Positions 25,582-34,421 of a stretch of 64,000 bases of DNA are shown here, in pieces. Both the position numbers and the translations under genes were made by a program. Position 1 is the first letter of the stretch. The number at the start of each line of letters is the position of its first letter. The notes under the pieces were generated by a model. It did not search any database. It was not told where the DNA came from and saw only the letters and a list, made by a program, of their open reading frames with translations. Origin of the DNA: a virus; the IMG/VR virus record IMGVR_UViG_3300045988_148900, positions 70,552-134,551 of that record; one strand, 5' to 3'.

Positions 25582-25764
25582 GGATATAGAATTGCTCCAA
25601 GCGGAAAAACTAAACTCTAAAATTCTGGATATAGAATTGCTCCAAGCATGCATAAACACCCTAAAACAAGAAGCTATACACAAAATTCAGGATATAGAAT
25701 TGCTGAAAGCAGAAACTAAAACAACACACAACAGATAAATCTCGGATATAGAATTGCTGAAAGC
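25582..25764 (-). repeat. four direct copies of a 21-bp unit GCTT(G/T)(G/C)AGCAATTCTATATCC
   Basis: Copies at 25582-25602, 25627-25647, 25690-25710 and 25744-25764 (spacing 45, 63, 54 bp); the core differs from the promoter word by one base. Confidence 0.85.
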
Positions 25765-25867
25765 AGGCACTAAACAACACATAAATACCTGAAGCTGCAC
25801 TTCATATAAACGCCGAAAGGCGCAGAAAACCAAAAGAATAGCTTGTTGATGGTGCCCAAAGGCTACG

Positions 25868-25909
25868 CCAGAAGCACTCAAAAACCAGAAGCACTCAAAA
25901 ACCAGAAGC
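25868..25909. repeat. 17-bp tandem repeat ccagaagcactcaaaaa, 2.5 units
   Basis: Two perfect units (25868-25884, 25885-25901) plus an 8-nt partial third. Confidence 0.85.
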
Positions 25910-25919
25910 GAGGAAACAG

Positions 25920-25960
25920 CCCCAGACACCCGGACCCACACCCCCGGGCCCACCGCCCCC
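25920..25960 (-). other. G-quadruplex-type run on the minus strand
   Basis: Six C-runs of 3-5 nt on the plus strand separated by 3-5 nt loops within 41 nt; contains CCCGGG. Confidence 0.5.
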
Positions 25961-25968
25961 TAAAATCC

Positions 25969-26005
25969 CTAAAAGAAAAGAGCTCATCTAATAATAGATA
26001 AGCTC
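25969..26005 (-). terminator. rho-independent terminator
   Basis: 11-bp stem GAGCTTATCTA/TAGATGAGCTC (one G-U), loop TTAT, then TTTTCTTTT; follows the RecA-like gene. Confidence 0.75.
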
Positions 26006-26044
26006 CTAAAATCTACATTTACGTATCTTTTGGCATATGCGTGA

Positions 26045-27121
26045 TCATAGCTCCTGAATCACCCCGTCAGAATCTACCGGAATCTCTGGAGAGGAGACAA
26101 CTGACGTCATAGGGGAATATCCCGCAACGGACTCAGACGTGCCTCCCGTACGCATAAACTCATACAACCGAGAGACAGACTCCTTCGGCATGCCATAGAG
26201 CTTCTTCTGACCAACGTACTTCTCGTCCGCCCACGGCATAAAGTAAGAAACACCTGACTTCCGAATAACGCCTGACTCCAAGGCCATATCAATAACCGCG
26301 TAACGCTTGTCAACACCACGACCAAAAACCAGCTTCACCTTCTTCCGTACAAACGGCTTGCAAAACTTATTCTTCGTAGTCTCCATGTAAAGCTCAACAC
26401 CGAAAATCTCGTCAGGATTAGACGTCTCCGAACTCGGATCATCCTTCAACTTCGTACCAACGGAAAGCTTCGTAATAATGTCAGGGACGTGCTGAGCCGC
26501 AAATCCGCCCGCCTGACGCTCTTTCGGAGCGTAAGGGTTAGACATACCCATCTGAAGATTCGCACGCGCGTGAAACAGCCACAAAGACGAAATATTGGCA
26601 TCCGCAAACCAGTTCTTAATAGCAGGCAGCAAATTCGCCTCCTGAAGAGCCTTGACACCCGGACGGCAGTCCCGAACAGACAGATTCTTGTCCGAATAAG
26701 CGGCAACCTCCGACATACTATCAATAATAACCAAACGGAAACCCCCATCATCACTGAGAACCTTGCAAACGTCCTCAAGCTGACCATAATCACGAACCGT
26801 AAGATGGACCAATAAACCATCCATCTTAAACTTAGCCAAACCGAAAGCGGTAATCTGAGAGTCATTCCAAGCACGCTCCGTATCAATAATAGCAACCTTA
26901 TAACCCTGACGACAGAAGCTACGAGCGATCTGGGCCGATATGGAAGACTTGCCACAGCCCGCGACCCCCCATAAGCCCAGAGAATAACCTACTGGTACTC
27001 CACCACCCCAAATCTCATTCAAGGCATCAATCCCTGAATCAATAAAGGTATCAGGATTATCAACCCCATACTTCGCCAAAACATCCGACAAGGACAAACC
27101 TTCCTTCTCCTTTTTTGCCAT
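26045..27121 (-). CDS. RecA-superfamily ATPase (RecA/UvsX/RadA-like recombinase or DnaB/KaiC-like)
   Basis: ALNEIWGGGVPVGYSLGLWGVAGCGKSS Walker A context, Walker B LVIIDSMSE; strong terminator downstream. Confidence 0.6.
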   Translation of the reverse strand: MAKKEKEGLSLSDVLAKYGVDNPDTFIDSGIDALNEIWGGGVPVGYSLGLWGVAGCGKSSISAQIARSFCRQGYKVAIIDTERAWNDSQITAFGLAKFKMDGLLVHLTVRDYGQLEDVCKVLSDDGGFRLVIIDSMSEVAAYSDKNLSVRDCRPGVKALQEANLLPAIKNWFADANISSLWLFHARANLQMGMSNPYAPKERQAGGFAAQHVPDIITKLSVGTKLKDDPSSETSNPDEIFGVELYMETTKNKFCKPFVRKKVKLVFGRGVDKRYAVIDMALESGVIRKSGVSYFMPWADEKYVGQKKLYGMPKESVSRLYEFMRTGGTSESVAGYSPMTSVVSSPEIPVDSDGVIQEL

Positions 27122-27285
27122 AAACTTAAGTTGTTAAATAATTATTGAAATGAACCCCGAAACGAGGAGCGTGCAGTCTACACGCTTTTAATTTAGAATC
27201 TTCAAACCTTTTGACCAAAATTAGCCCCTAAATTTAAGCTCCACCCATTGGGAAAAAGTGGAAATTTAGGATAATCTGATTGCTT

Positions 27286-27426
27286 TTATAAATCTGAGAA
27301 GAACAACCAATCGTCATCCTCGATACATACCGACGGAGTAACAACACCTTCTTCTGAAGGTGAGGAAAGCACACTATCTGTATCTACAGGAGCTCCTGTA
27401 GCCTCGCTATTCACTTCCTTGACCAT
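27286..27426 (-). CDS. possible 46-aa acidic protein
   Basis: ATG ORF below the track length cutoff, 44 nt downstream of a degenerate promoter word. Confidence 0.25.
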   Translation of the reverse strand: MVKEVNSEATGAPVDTDSVLSSPSEEGVVTPSVCIEDDDWLFFSDL

Positions 27427-27470
27427 AACATACATGATGATAAAAAGTTAGACGCTCGTTGTAAGCACTC

Positions 27471-27483
27471 GGATATATAACCA
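27471..27483 (-). promoter_or_regulatory. degenerate promoter word (TGGTTATATATCC)
   Basis: Shares TTATATATCC; 44 nt above a 46-codon ORF. Confidence 0.25.
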
Positions 27484-27556
27484 ACCCGCTCCAGAAGCCT
27501 GCCTACAAACACATAAAACCACCATCCTAAACCACGAGGAACAAACCCACGCATCA

Positions 27557-28183
27557 CTACTCCATGTACCAGCGATTACACAACTGGTAAGTATTCTTAT
27601 ACTCACCACGAAGAATCATATAACCTATATAAGCCAAGATGACCGCAGACGCCTCGTCATGATTCAAGCGCAATCCATACTGAGCATCCACCCAGTCCAC
27701 AATCATCCGCTTACCCTCCTCCTTAGAAATCTTATGAGGAGGCTCCTCTGGTATCTCGCCTTTCTTGGGCCTTTTCTTGGCTTTCTTTGGCCTTACAATT
27801 GAATTGATAGCTGTGGGCGGGATAAGATAAAATGGAACGCTGTGGGCATCTTCCGGTGCGTCGTAGGACGAAGCTGACAATACCGACTCAAACTCCGTGT
27901 ACATCATGCACTGCAAAGGAAGAAGATACGGACCCGATTGGGAACTAAGTGCACTATATTCCATGAACACAGCATCAAGCCTCACAGCATACTCATCAAC
28001 CCACTCCTTAATAGCTCGTGCATGCCACACAGCAGCCGGAAAAGAATTGGAAAACTGAAAAATTGTACCCTCCTTATGAACCTTAGGAACGGAAATAGAC
28101 GTAGTCGCTATTACTCCATCCTCGGAATCCAATAGACACACCCCCGTCCGACTAAAAGAACCATCGATACTCATCACTATCAT
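27557..28183 (-). CDS. RuvC-like Holliday junction resolvase
   Basis: N-terminal SIDGSFSRTGVCLL, VFMEY, C-terminal HDEASAVILAYIG match the RuvC-fold D..E..(H)D pattern. Confidence 0.55.
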   Translation of the reverse strand: MIVMSIDGSFSRTGVCLLDSEDGVIATTSISVPKVHKEGTIFQFSNSFPAAVWHARAIKEWVDEYAVRLDAVFMEYSALSSQSGPYLLPLQCMMYTEFESVLSASSYDAPEDAHSVPFYLIPPTAINSIVRPKKAKKRPKKGEIPEEPPHKISKEEGKRMIVDWVDAQYGLRLNHDEASAVILAYIGYMILRGEYKNTYQLCNRWYME

Positions 28184-28255
28184 AGCTCATCAAATTAAAA
28201 ACCGGAGCACCATCGCTGGCACTCCGGCACTACACAACAAATATGCTAACTCAAA

Positions 28256-29200
28256 TCAGAAGCCACCGTCAATAGGCATGTCACCAAAGGAGTCGTCAAT
28301 AGGAGTAGCCTCCTCGAAGCCTATAGGACCCGGCATCTGACCAAAAGGCTGCGACCCTCCCATAGGTGCTCCAGCAGGTGCAGGACCTCCGTAAGATGGT
28401 GTCGGAGCACCTCCAACCGGAGGAATAGGCTGACCAGTATAAATCGGCTGACCCGACTGAGACGGAACACCCGCAGCCTGACCGTAACCTGACGACGGAT
28501 AAGGCTGAACAGGAGTACCCTGAGGAAGCGAACCCCCATGATAGGGCATCGCCGTCGGTGCCTGAGACGGCATCGGAGGAAGCTGCTGAGCAGGAGCCGA
28601 CGCAGGAACACCCTGCGGACCAACACCACCCGCCTGAGACGACAACCATTTACGATAGTTCTCTACCGACTGACTCGTAGTGGCGTCAACCTCCTGAAAC
28701 AGACGGTCGATAACCTCCGGCTGTGCGCGAAGCTGCTCAAGACGCTGAGCAATACCCGGAGTAATGTTGAAACCAGCGAGCGTGTACTTCAAGGACGAGA
28801 CATCCTTCCCGTCCTTATTCTTCCGAGTCTCCTTCGTGAAAGAAACCGCCTGTGCCTGCGGATTGACCTCCCAAGCACGCAGGTAATCCTGATACTGACT
28901 CTGAGTCAGACGAATGTACTCAACCGTGATAGACTCCGAACGAAGCGTAGCCTGAACAGACTGAATATCCGTATCCAAACGAGCTACCAAAAGAAAGTAG
29001 TAATTCGTCGGATTGAGCTTAAACTCAATCATCGACTCCTGATCGACCTCTACAGACCCGAAACCTGAAACATAAGCAATCTGCTTAGCCAGAACGTCCC
29101 GAACAAGAGGAATGAAATAGCCCGTATAACCCGGACCAATGTCGCATCGCTTGATGCCAAGAGTCGGAATACTCTCACCGAACCCTAATCTCTGTGCCAT
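28256..29200 (-). CDS. putative single-stranded DNA-binding protein
   Basis: P/G/Q-rich linker followed by an acidic tail ending ..DDSFGDMPIDGGF, the architecture of SSB C-termini. Confidence 0.4.
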   Translation of the reverse strand: MAQRLGFGESIPTLGIKRCDIGPGYTGYFIPLVRDVLAKQIAYVSGFGSVEVDQESMIEFKLNPTNYYFLLVARLDTDIQSVQATLRSESITVEYIRLTQSQYQDYLRAWEVNPQAQAVSFTKETRKNKDGKDVSSLKYTLAGFNITPGIAQRLEQLRAQPEVIDRLFQEVDATTSQSVENYRKWLSSQAGGVGPQGVPASAPAQQLPPMPSQAPTAMPYHGGSLPQGTPVQPYPSSGYGQAAGVPSQSGQPIYTGQPIPPVGGAPTPSYGGPAPAGAPMGGSQPFGQMPGPIGFEEATPIDDSFGDMPIDGGF

Positions 29201-29243
29201 GTAATAATGAAAAATTAAAAGTTAACTACCCAAATCTACGTAC

Positions 29244-29633
29244 CTACTGCCGCCAATTGTTAGTATATCTCGTCCGCTGAATCAACTCGAAATCTGCCCG
29301 CAACTCATTCAAACGTGCTAAGTAAACAAGAACTGCGTTGAGCCGCTCCTTAAAAGCCTTCTGAATGGCTACGACAGGACCACCTGATAAAACCATCTGA
29401 ATAGACGAAAGCTCTGAAATGAGCTTGCTGCGCAACCTAACAAGCAAGTACTCTGTACTCATGACTATATCATTCTTAGCCGACAAGGATAAGCCCATAT
29501 TGCCTAACTTATCCAACTCACTGTCAAGCTGAGAAAAAAGCCCACTCAACATACGCTCCTGAGCCTCGAACTTCTGCTGACAACTCCTAAGAGCATCAAC
29601 AACTGAAATCTTAGCTGACCCACTACTCTCCAT
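29244..29633 (-). CDS. hypothetical coiled-coil protein
   Basis: 129-codon ATG ORF. Confidence 0.5.
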   Translation of the reverse strand: MESSGSAKISVVDALRSCQQKFEAQERMLSGLFSQLDSELDKLGNMGLSLSAKNDIVMSTEYLLVRLRSKLISELSSIQMVLSGGPVVAIQKAFKERLNAVLVYLARLNELRADFELIQRTRYTNNWRQ

Positions 29634-29913
29634 CGGAACCCGTCAACTCTACGACCACAACACCTCGACCATCCGACCGCCGAGTAGGCAGACACGGAAA
29701 CATTGCACAAGCAAACTTATCATAAGCAAAAGCGCATGGACATGTTCCATCCGAACGCACTTCACAAGCCTCATCCAAATGAAGTGTAAAAGTCTTGCCA
29801 AGTACACTCAAGCAATCATAATGAGCCAACAACTCGTAGTCCAACTTAAAGGGCTCCTCTATAGAAATAGAGGCACACGCTTCTACAGACTTCAATACCT
29901 TAACCTCTGACAT
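29623..29913 (-). CDS. hypothetical protein
   Basis: ATG at 29913 (track TTG at 29919). Confidence 0.45.
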   Translation of the reverse strand: MSEVKVLKSVEACASISIEEPFKLDYELLAHYDCLSVLGKTFTLHLDEACEVRSDGTCPCAFAYDKFACAMFPCLPTRRSDGRGVVVVELTGSDGE

Positions 29914-30595
29914 CTCCAAAATAGTTTCGTTTCAACAAATGCATATAAAACCATAACTGACTCAAGTCCCTAAAATGCTTCCGGAAAAAAGGAGAAACAG
30001 AACGCGACGCCTCAACCGCACCTACAATACTCGGACGCAAACTGCTCTCCAATCTAACCTTAGCACGACGATAGTAAACCGAGTCGACGGCACTCAATAC
30101 ACGTATAATAAAAGTGTCCATACTCGCACTAACATGGCCTACGGACGTAACCCAACACTCCTGAATAAAACGAGGCAAGAACCTAACACTCCCATACAGG
30201 TCGAATAACTCCGTAAAACGAGACGCCTCATCCTCGTAACAACGACCCGTGAACATGAAGTCCAAACACTCATCTATAAAAGAAGATCCATCAGAAGCCA
30301 GCGTCTTTAACGAACGCTTACGGGAACCAAAGACGCGCTGTGCGAAACCCAAAACCTCACGTCGAATAACATCTTCTGACCATACCTCGTCGAAAATCTG
30401 ACGCGAAATGAAAATACAATCAGAATAATCAAAATCTAAAGACTCCCGCTCCGAACGTGACTTGATGTCACGATACTGAATGAAAGACGACGAAATAACA
30501 GCATTAGGACCTACAACACTGTAACCCGGAAATAAAAAAGGCAGAATACGAAAGTAATCCGACTGCCCTAAAGAGATAACCCTTACGTTGCCCAT
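29900..30595 (-). CDS. hypothetical protein
   Basis: 231-codon ATG ORF. Confidence 0.55.
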   Translation of the reverse strand: MGNVRVISLGQSDYFRILPFLFPGYSVVGPNAVISSSFIQYRDIKSRSERESLDFDYSDCIFISRQIFDEVWSEDVIRREVLGFAQRVFGSRKRSLKTLASDGSSFIDECLDFMFTGRCYEDEASRFTELFDLYGSVRFLPRFIQECWVTSVGHVSASMDTFIIRVLSAVDSVYYRRAKVRLESSLRPSIVGAVEASRSVSPFFRKHFRDLSQLWFYMHLLKRNYFGDVRG

Positions 30596-30598
30596 GAT

Positions 30599-30781
30599 TT
30601 AGAACGACACGTAGACCACCCATAGCAAAAATGCCAGAAACCCAAGAGCTATGATAAAAGCAGCGACGCTCAACCAACCGCTCTCGACCTCAGCGTCGTC
30701 GCGCCGACGAACATACGGTGAATAGTACTCATCCCTATAGGGATCATCATTCCGCCTGAAAAAATCACGCCAGTTACCCAT
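30599..30781 (-). CDS. small membrane protein
   Basis: C-terminal hydrophobic helix WLSVAAFIIALGFLAFLLWVVYV. Confidence 0.45.
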   Translation of the reverse strand: MGNWRDFFRRNDDPYRDEYYSPYVRRRDDAEVESGWLSVAAFIIALGFLAFLLWVVYVSF

Positions 30782-30783
30782 AT

Positions 30784-31200
30784 CTACTCTATTTTAGATG
30801 CCAATGACAACAACGAAATCTCCGTCTTGGACCCACCAACGGCCAACAAACGAAGCGTATCGGAAAACTCTAAATGTTGAACAGCACTCGAAAAAGACCT
30901 GTCACTACCCATGAAGTCCTTCTCGGAATGAACGGACGTCAAAGATAGCGGTGTCTTAACAACCTCCGTAAAACGGCTTAACAGCACAGGGTCTACAATA
31001 TCCAAAGACGAATAACAATCCACCATAGGATTCTCCTCTATGAACTTAAGCAACATGGAAAGCATCTGACCCGAAAAAGTGCTAATGTCACCCAAGACAA
31101 TAGACGAACCCGGAACGTAAGCATCCACAAAATCCCGCAAGCCCTGAACATTACTCACGAAATTAATAAACCTACTTCTATCGCGAACAAGCAGCTTCAT
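30784..31200 (-). CDS. clamp-loader delta-prime-like accessory protein
   Basis: MLLKFIEENPMVDCYSS..DPVLLSRFTEVVK resembles the LLK.LEEPP....T..LL.TI.SR signature of HolB/DnaX lid regions. Confidence 0.35.
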   Translation of the reverse strand: MKLLVRDRSRFINFVSNVQGLRDFVDAYVPGSSIVLGDISTFSGQMLSMLLKFIEENPMVDCYSSLDIVDPVLLSRFTEVVKTPLSLTSVHSEKDFMGSDRSFSSAVQHLEFSDTLRLLAVGGSKTEISLLSLASKIE

Positions 31201-31382
31201 GACTGAGCACTATCGGAAGCATCGAAATCTAAAAAGTGAAGTAAGGCTTCCTTACAGGAATACCAAATCATACAGCCTACGACCAGCAAGGAGAACACAC
31301 CTATACACCCCACCAAGCACAAGGATAAAACCGTGAGAAGCAACTCCCACCACGACAACCCATCCGGCAAAAACTCTACCAT
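31197..31382 (-). CDS. small membrane protein
   Basis: Two hydrophobic segments; ATGA overlap with the downstream gene. Confidence 0.45.
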   Translation of the reverse strand: MVEFLPDGLSWWELLLTVLSLCLVGCIGVFSLLVVGCMIWYSCKEALLHFLDFDASDSAQS

Positions 31383-31385
31383 GCA

Positions 31386-31982
31386 CTAATCAACAATAGA
31401 CAACACCAAACGAACTGCAACATCGGCAAGACCATCTAAGTTGGAAACAAGCAAGCTCTTCTGCTGAAAGCTCGTCAAGTCAAACTCCTGACGAAGAGGA
31501 TCAACAACACCCATGTATACTGCCGAAATAAACGTACCTTCAGACAGACAGCGAGTAGCTCCATAAATGCCCTGTAAGACACTATCATAAACAACCGCCG
31601 ACGTTCGAGGCCACAACTTAACAGCCTCAGAAACATCCTTAGTCAAACCGAGACCACCCACAACAGGAACGTAATCTACTCTAAAATCCGCAGGCGTCGA
31701 AAGAGAATAAGAGCAAGCGTCAATAGAATGAAGAACAGACCCCACAACAATCTTGCCCAAAACGCTATCATCAGGCAACGTCATTGGAGCATAACCGACG
31801 CGAATAACAATATCGTAGCATCTGGCAAGCTCGGACGACGTGTAAGCACAAGCATCAAGAGCTAACCACCCAACAGACTCTACGCGCCAGTAAATGCCCG
31901 AAAGACGAGAATCCGCCAAGAACAAATCCCGAAGCAAAACACGCTCGTACTCAGACGAGACTACAAATAAAACTCTAAACAT
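31386..31982 (-). CDS. hypothetical protein
   Basis: ATG at 31982 (track GTG at 31988). Confidence 0.5.
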   Translation of the reverse strand: MFRVLFVVSSEYERVLLRDLFLADSRLSGIYWRVESVGWLALDACAYTSSELARCYDIVIRVGYAPMTLPDDSVLGKIVVGSVLHSIDACSYSLSTPADFRVDYVPVVGGLGLTKDVSEAVKLWPRTSAVVYDSVLQGIYGATRCLSEGTFISAVYMGVVDPLRQEFDLTSFQQKSLLVSNLDGLADVAVRLVLSIVD

Positions 31983-31991
31983 AGCCACACA

Positions 31992-32219
31992 TTATCTATC
32001 CATTATCTTTTTTCGTATCTCCTCGCAACGCTCGTAAAAAACGACGGATGCTCCATCTGAACTGAGAATCTTCTTAGCAACAGAACCATCTATACTGCCG
32101 GGACCATACAAGTCCGAGTCCTTCAAAATAATAGGATTATCATCAGCATCGAAAACTCTACTCAATGCCTCCCGCGTATGATCAGAATCCACGACCTCCT
32201 TATAAAAATCTTTGGCCAT
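31992..32219 (-). CDS. hypothetical protein
   Basis: 75-codon ATG ORF. Confidence 0.45.
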   Translation of the reverse strand: MAKDFYKEVVDSDHTREALSRVFDADDNPIILKDSDLYGPGSIDGSVAKKILSSDGASVVFYERCEEIRKKIMDR

Positions 32220-32245
32220 AACTATCGAATATTAAAATAACTCCA

Positions 32246-32404
32246 CTAATCAAGCAACTCATCTGCCTGCCACTTCTTGAAAAACCTACGACGCGACCGA
32301 CTCAAAAAACGCTTCAAACCATTCCCCTTCTTCTTTCGAACATGTTTCACCCACTCCCGAAGAAGCTTCTGATGATTTAATCTTAATGATGTCCTACGTT
32401 CCAT
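32246..32404 (-). CDS. small highly basic protein
   Basis: 52 codons from ATG 32404, R/K-rich (RKKKGNGLKRFLSRSRRRFFKK). Confidence 0.35.
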   Translation of the reverse strand: MERRTSLRLNHQKLLREWVKHVRKKKGNGLKRFLSRSRRRFFKKWQADELLD

Positions 32405-32458
32405 AAGAACAAAAATAACAAAAAAACTCTGAAAACCCAAGAAGAATGACCAACAAGG

Positions 32459-33418
32459 TCATTCTTCCGGACAAGGCGTATTAACAACACGCCGACTCAA
32501 CGCCTGACAGAACTCCAAGTTAGGAACAGAGAAAACACTCTGACCCCACGCGGCAAGCTGATCAAGCTGCGACAAAATGAGAGCCTCAATCGTAGCCGGA
32601 TCACACGGAGCACCCCACTCCTTCCGACCATGATGACTGTAGATACAATGCACAATTCGATCCAAAAGACCCTTCGAAAGCATAGAACCGTATTCCTGTA
32701 CAAACACCTCCGCACTCTGAACCGAATGAGGACGCAACATCAAATCCTCCTCGTACTCGAAAGTATCCGAGTTGTACTCAAACAGTTTGCCATAGTCATG
32801 ATACAAAGCCGCAAACGTCAGAACGAACAGATCCACATTCCACGGAAACCACTTCCGAAGCCCATGAATAAATGTCAGAATCTGATAGGTGTGGTTAGCT
32901 AACCCGCCTGCCCAATTGTCATGAAAACGCTTAGCAGCAGGCATCGTAGAATAGGACTCATATAAAGCCGGAAGCTTCTCGAACAACACAGCAACCATCT
33001 TCTCGCGGACGGTCTCCGGAGCACGGACAGCCCCAGACTCGTCGGCCTGCGGAAGCCACGCCGAAAGCAACGCACGCAGAACCCCCGAGAACTTCTCGTA
33101 AGACGGAATTGGATTCACAAAGCAAGCCCACGCAGGATACTGCGACTGAAGCTTCGCGTCCTTCTGAAAACAACCCAAGTCACCAGCAATACGTGACTCG
33201 TCAAACCCTATGAAGCCCTTCGCGTTAGGCTCCGGAATACCATCGAAAAGAATGAGAACATGATCAGACAGCCGATCGGTACATTCCCACAAGTAACACT
33301 GCTTCTGAACCAACTCCGAGTCCACAAGCTGAAGAATGTTATAAGGCTTGCCATTAGACGACATGGCCGACGTACACTCCCGAACGTAATAAGCTACATA
33401 AGCTCCCGAATCTGACAT
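32459..33418 (-). CDS. HD-domain phosphohydrolase (YhaM-like OB + HD architecture)
   Basis: H...ALYHDYGK...YSHHG metal-binding pattern; the N-terminal region could be an OB fold. Confidence 0.55.
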   Translation of the reverse strand: MSDSGAYVAYYVRECTSAMSSNGKPYNILQLVDSELVQKQCYLWECTDRLSDHVLILFDGIPEPNAKGFIGFDESRIAGDLGCFQKDAKLQSQYPAWACFVNPIPSYEKFSGVLRALLSAWLPQADESGAVRAPETVREKMVAVLFEKLPALYESYSTMPAAKRFHDNWAGGLANHTYQILTFIHGLRKWFPWNVDLFVLTFAALYHDYGKLFEYNSDTFEYEEDLMLRPHSVQSAEVFVQEYGSMLSKGLLDRIVHCIYSHHGRKEWGAPCDPATIEALILSQLDQLAAWGQSVFSVPNLEFCQALSRRVVNTPCPEE

Positions 33419-33470
33419 GATAAAATGAAAATTAAATTCAACAATATACCGTAGCCAGCCGACTACGGTA

Positions 33471-33502
33471 CAAAGATAGTAAAATTAAATTAAAAGCGCA
33501 AG
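33471..33502 (-). promoter_or_regulatory. near-consensus Bacteroidota-type promoter CTTG-N20-TATCTTTG
   Basis: Perfect -7 box; imperfect -33; an 8-bp hairpin (33447-33470) abuts it. Confidence 0.3.
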
Positions 33503-33513
33503 AAAAAGTTGTA

Positions 33514-33816
33514 TTAAATGTTCGCATGGTAGACCGGAGTGGAACCGTCGAAAGCCGAAACAATAGATAACTGCTCCTCGATAGAGAGGTCATCGAAAGA
33601 CCTAACAATACTACAGTGACCACCAACAACGGAACTACAGTCCTCTACGAAGATGTCCGGACACCCATTAAGACCCTCATCACGGACCCCGACGACAAGT
33701 GTGCTCGAAACCAGAAAACTCGTGCCTACCGGAAAGCTCAGAAGCAACCTGCGCCAGTCAGACACATAATCGACATAGACCTTCTGGAAAACACCTAAAA
33801 GAGACTCCTTTTTCAT
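33514..33816 (-). CDS. hypothetical protein
   Basis: 100 codons from ATG 33816; the longer track ORF overlaps the HAD gene. Confidence 0.45.
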   Translation of the reverse strand: MKKESLLGVFQKVYVDYVSDWRRLLLSFPVGTSFLVSSTLVVGVRDEGLNGCPDIFVEDCSSVVGGHCSIVRSFDDLSIEEQLSIVSAFDGSTPVYHANI

Positions 33817-33839
33817 TGTAACAGATATTTGACATCGAA

Positions 33840-34310
33840 TTAGTAGTTGCCATCCGCAGGCTGGAACACTGTACATCCGTACTCCCGCCACATGGCGACG
33901 CAAGCCTTCCTATCCTCGAAGACTATAGTATGTGCAAGAGGTACTCCTCGACGAAGAAGCTCCTCGGCAAACTCACGCTTCAAAACATGATCAGGACGAA
34001 AGTCGTTATTCCCACGACAGAAAATGTCGCACTCACAAGGAAGACCCTGCTTCCGAAGCCACTCCCGAGTGGCAGGAATAAACCGCTGAGGACGACCTGT
34101 ACAAACAATGCAATGATAACCCCCAAGAGGCGTGTCGCGTCCTAAATCTACAAGAGAACGCACAACATGAATCACAGATTCGATAGGTGCGTCATCACCC
34201 ACAGCAGCATAGAAAGAATCGTAATCCTTCTTATTGCCCTGAATAAAGTGAAGCCTATGACTCAAATCTGCAACCGTGCCGTCTAAGTCTAAAATTAAGT
34301 AACGAACCAT
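33840..34310 (-). CDS. HAD-superfamily phosphatase
   Basis: Motif I LILDLDGTV, motif II VCTGR, small size as in phage polynucleotide 3'-phosphatase-like HADs. Confidence 0.55.
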   Translation of the reverse strand: MVRYLILDLDGTVADLSHRLHFIQGNKKDYDSFYAAVGDDAPIESVIHVVRSLVDLGRDTPLGGYHCIVCTGRPQRFIPATREWLRKQGLPCECDIFCRGNNDFRPDHVLKREFAEELLRRGVPLAHTIVFEDRKACVAMWREYGCTVFQPADGNY

Positions 34311-34372
34311 AGTTGTAGTAATTAATGTATCACAATGATAGTAAAATTAATCTAAACCGCAAAATGAAACAC

Positions 34373-34397
34373 AAAAAAAGTGCCTCACAAGAGGTAC
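34373..34397 (-). terminator. probable terminator
   Basis: 7-bp stem with one mismatch then T7, after 34422..35741. Confidence 0.4.
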
Positions 34398-34421
34398 TTA
34401 AACAGACAAACACAAAGGGCA

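Noticed and set aside
25582-25764. CRISPR array
   Set aside because: There are only four 21-bp repeats with irregular 24-42 bp gaps. The repeat is a one-base variant of the promoter word used throughout the genome, and there are no cas genes.
25501-25953. Track ORFs 25234..25683 (upstream part) and 25687..25953 as protein-coding
   Set aside because: They translate the 21-bp repeats (recurring AWSNSIS and AFSNSIS), the 17-bp tandem repeat and the G-run. No plausible start context exists. Only the part from ATG 25500 is kept, at low confidence.
27150-27205. Plus-strand 13-codon ORF and plus-oriented hairpin (agcgtg-cagtcta-cacgct then ttttaattt) suggesting an antisense transcript
   Set aside because: The stem is only 6 bp, there is no supporting plus-strand promoter, and the ORF is too short. 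It is noted as part of an unusually T-containing 160-nt leader upstream of the RecA-like gene.
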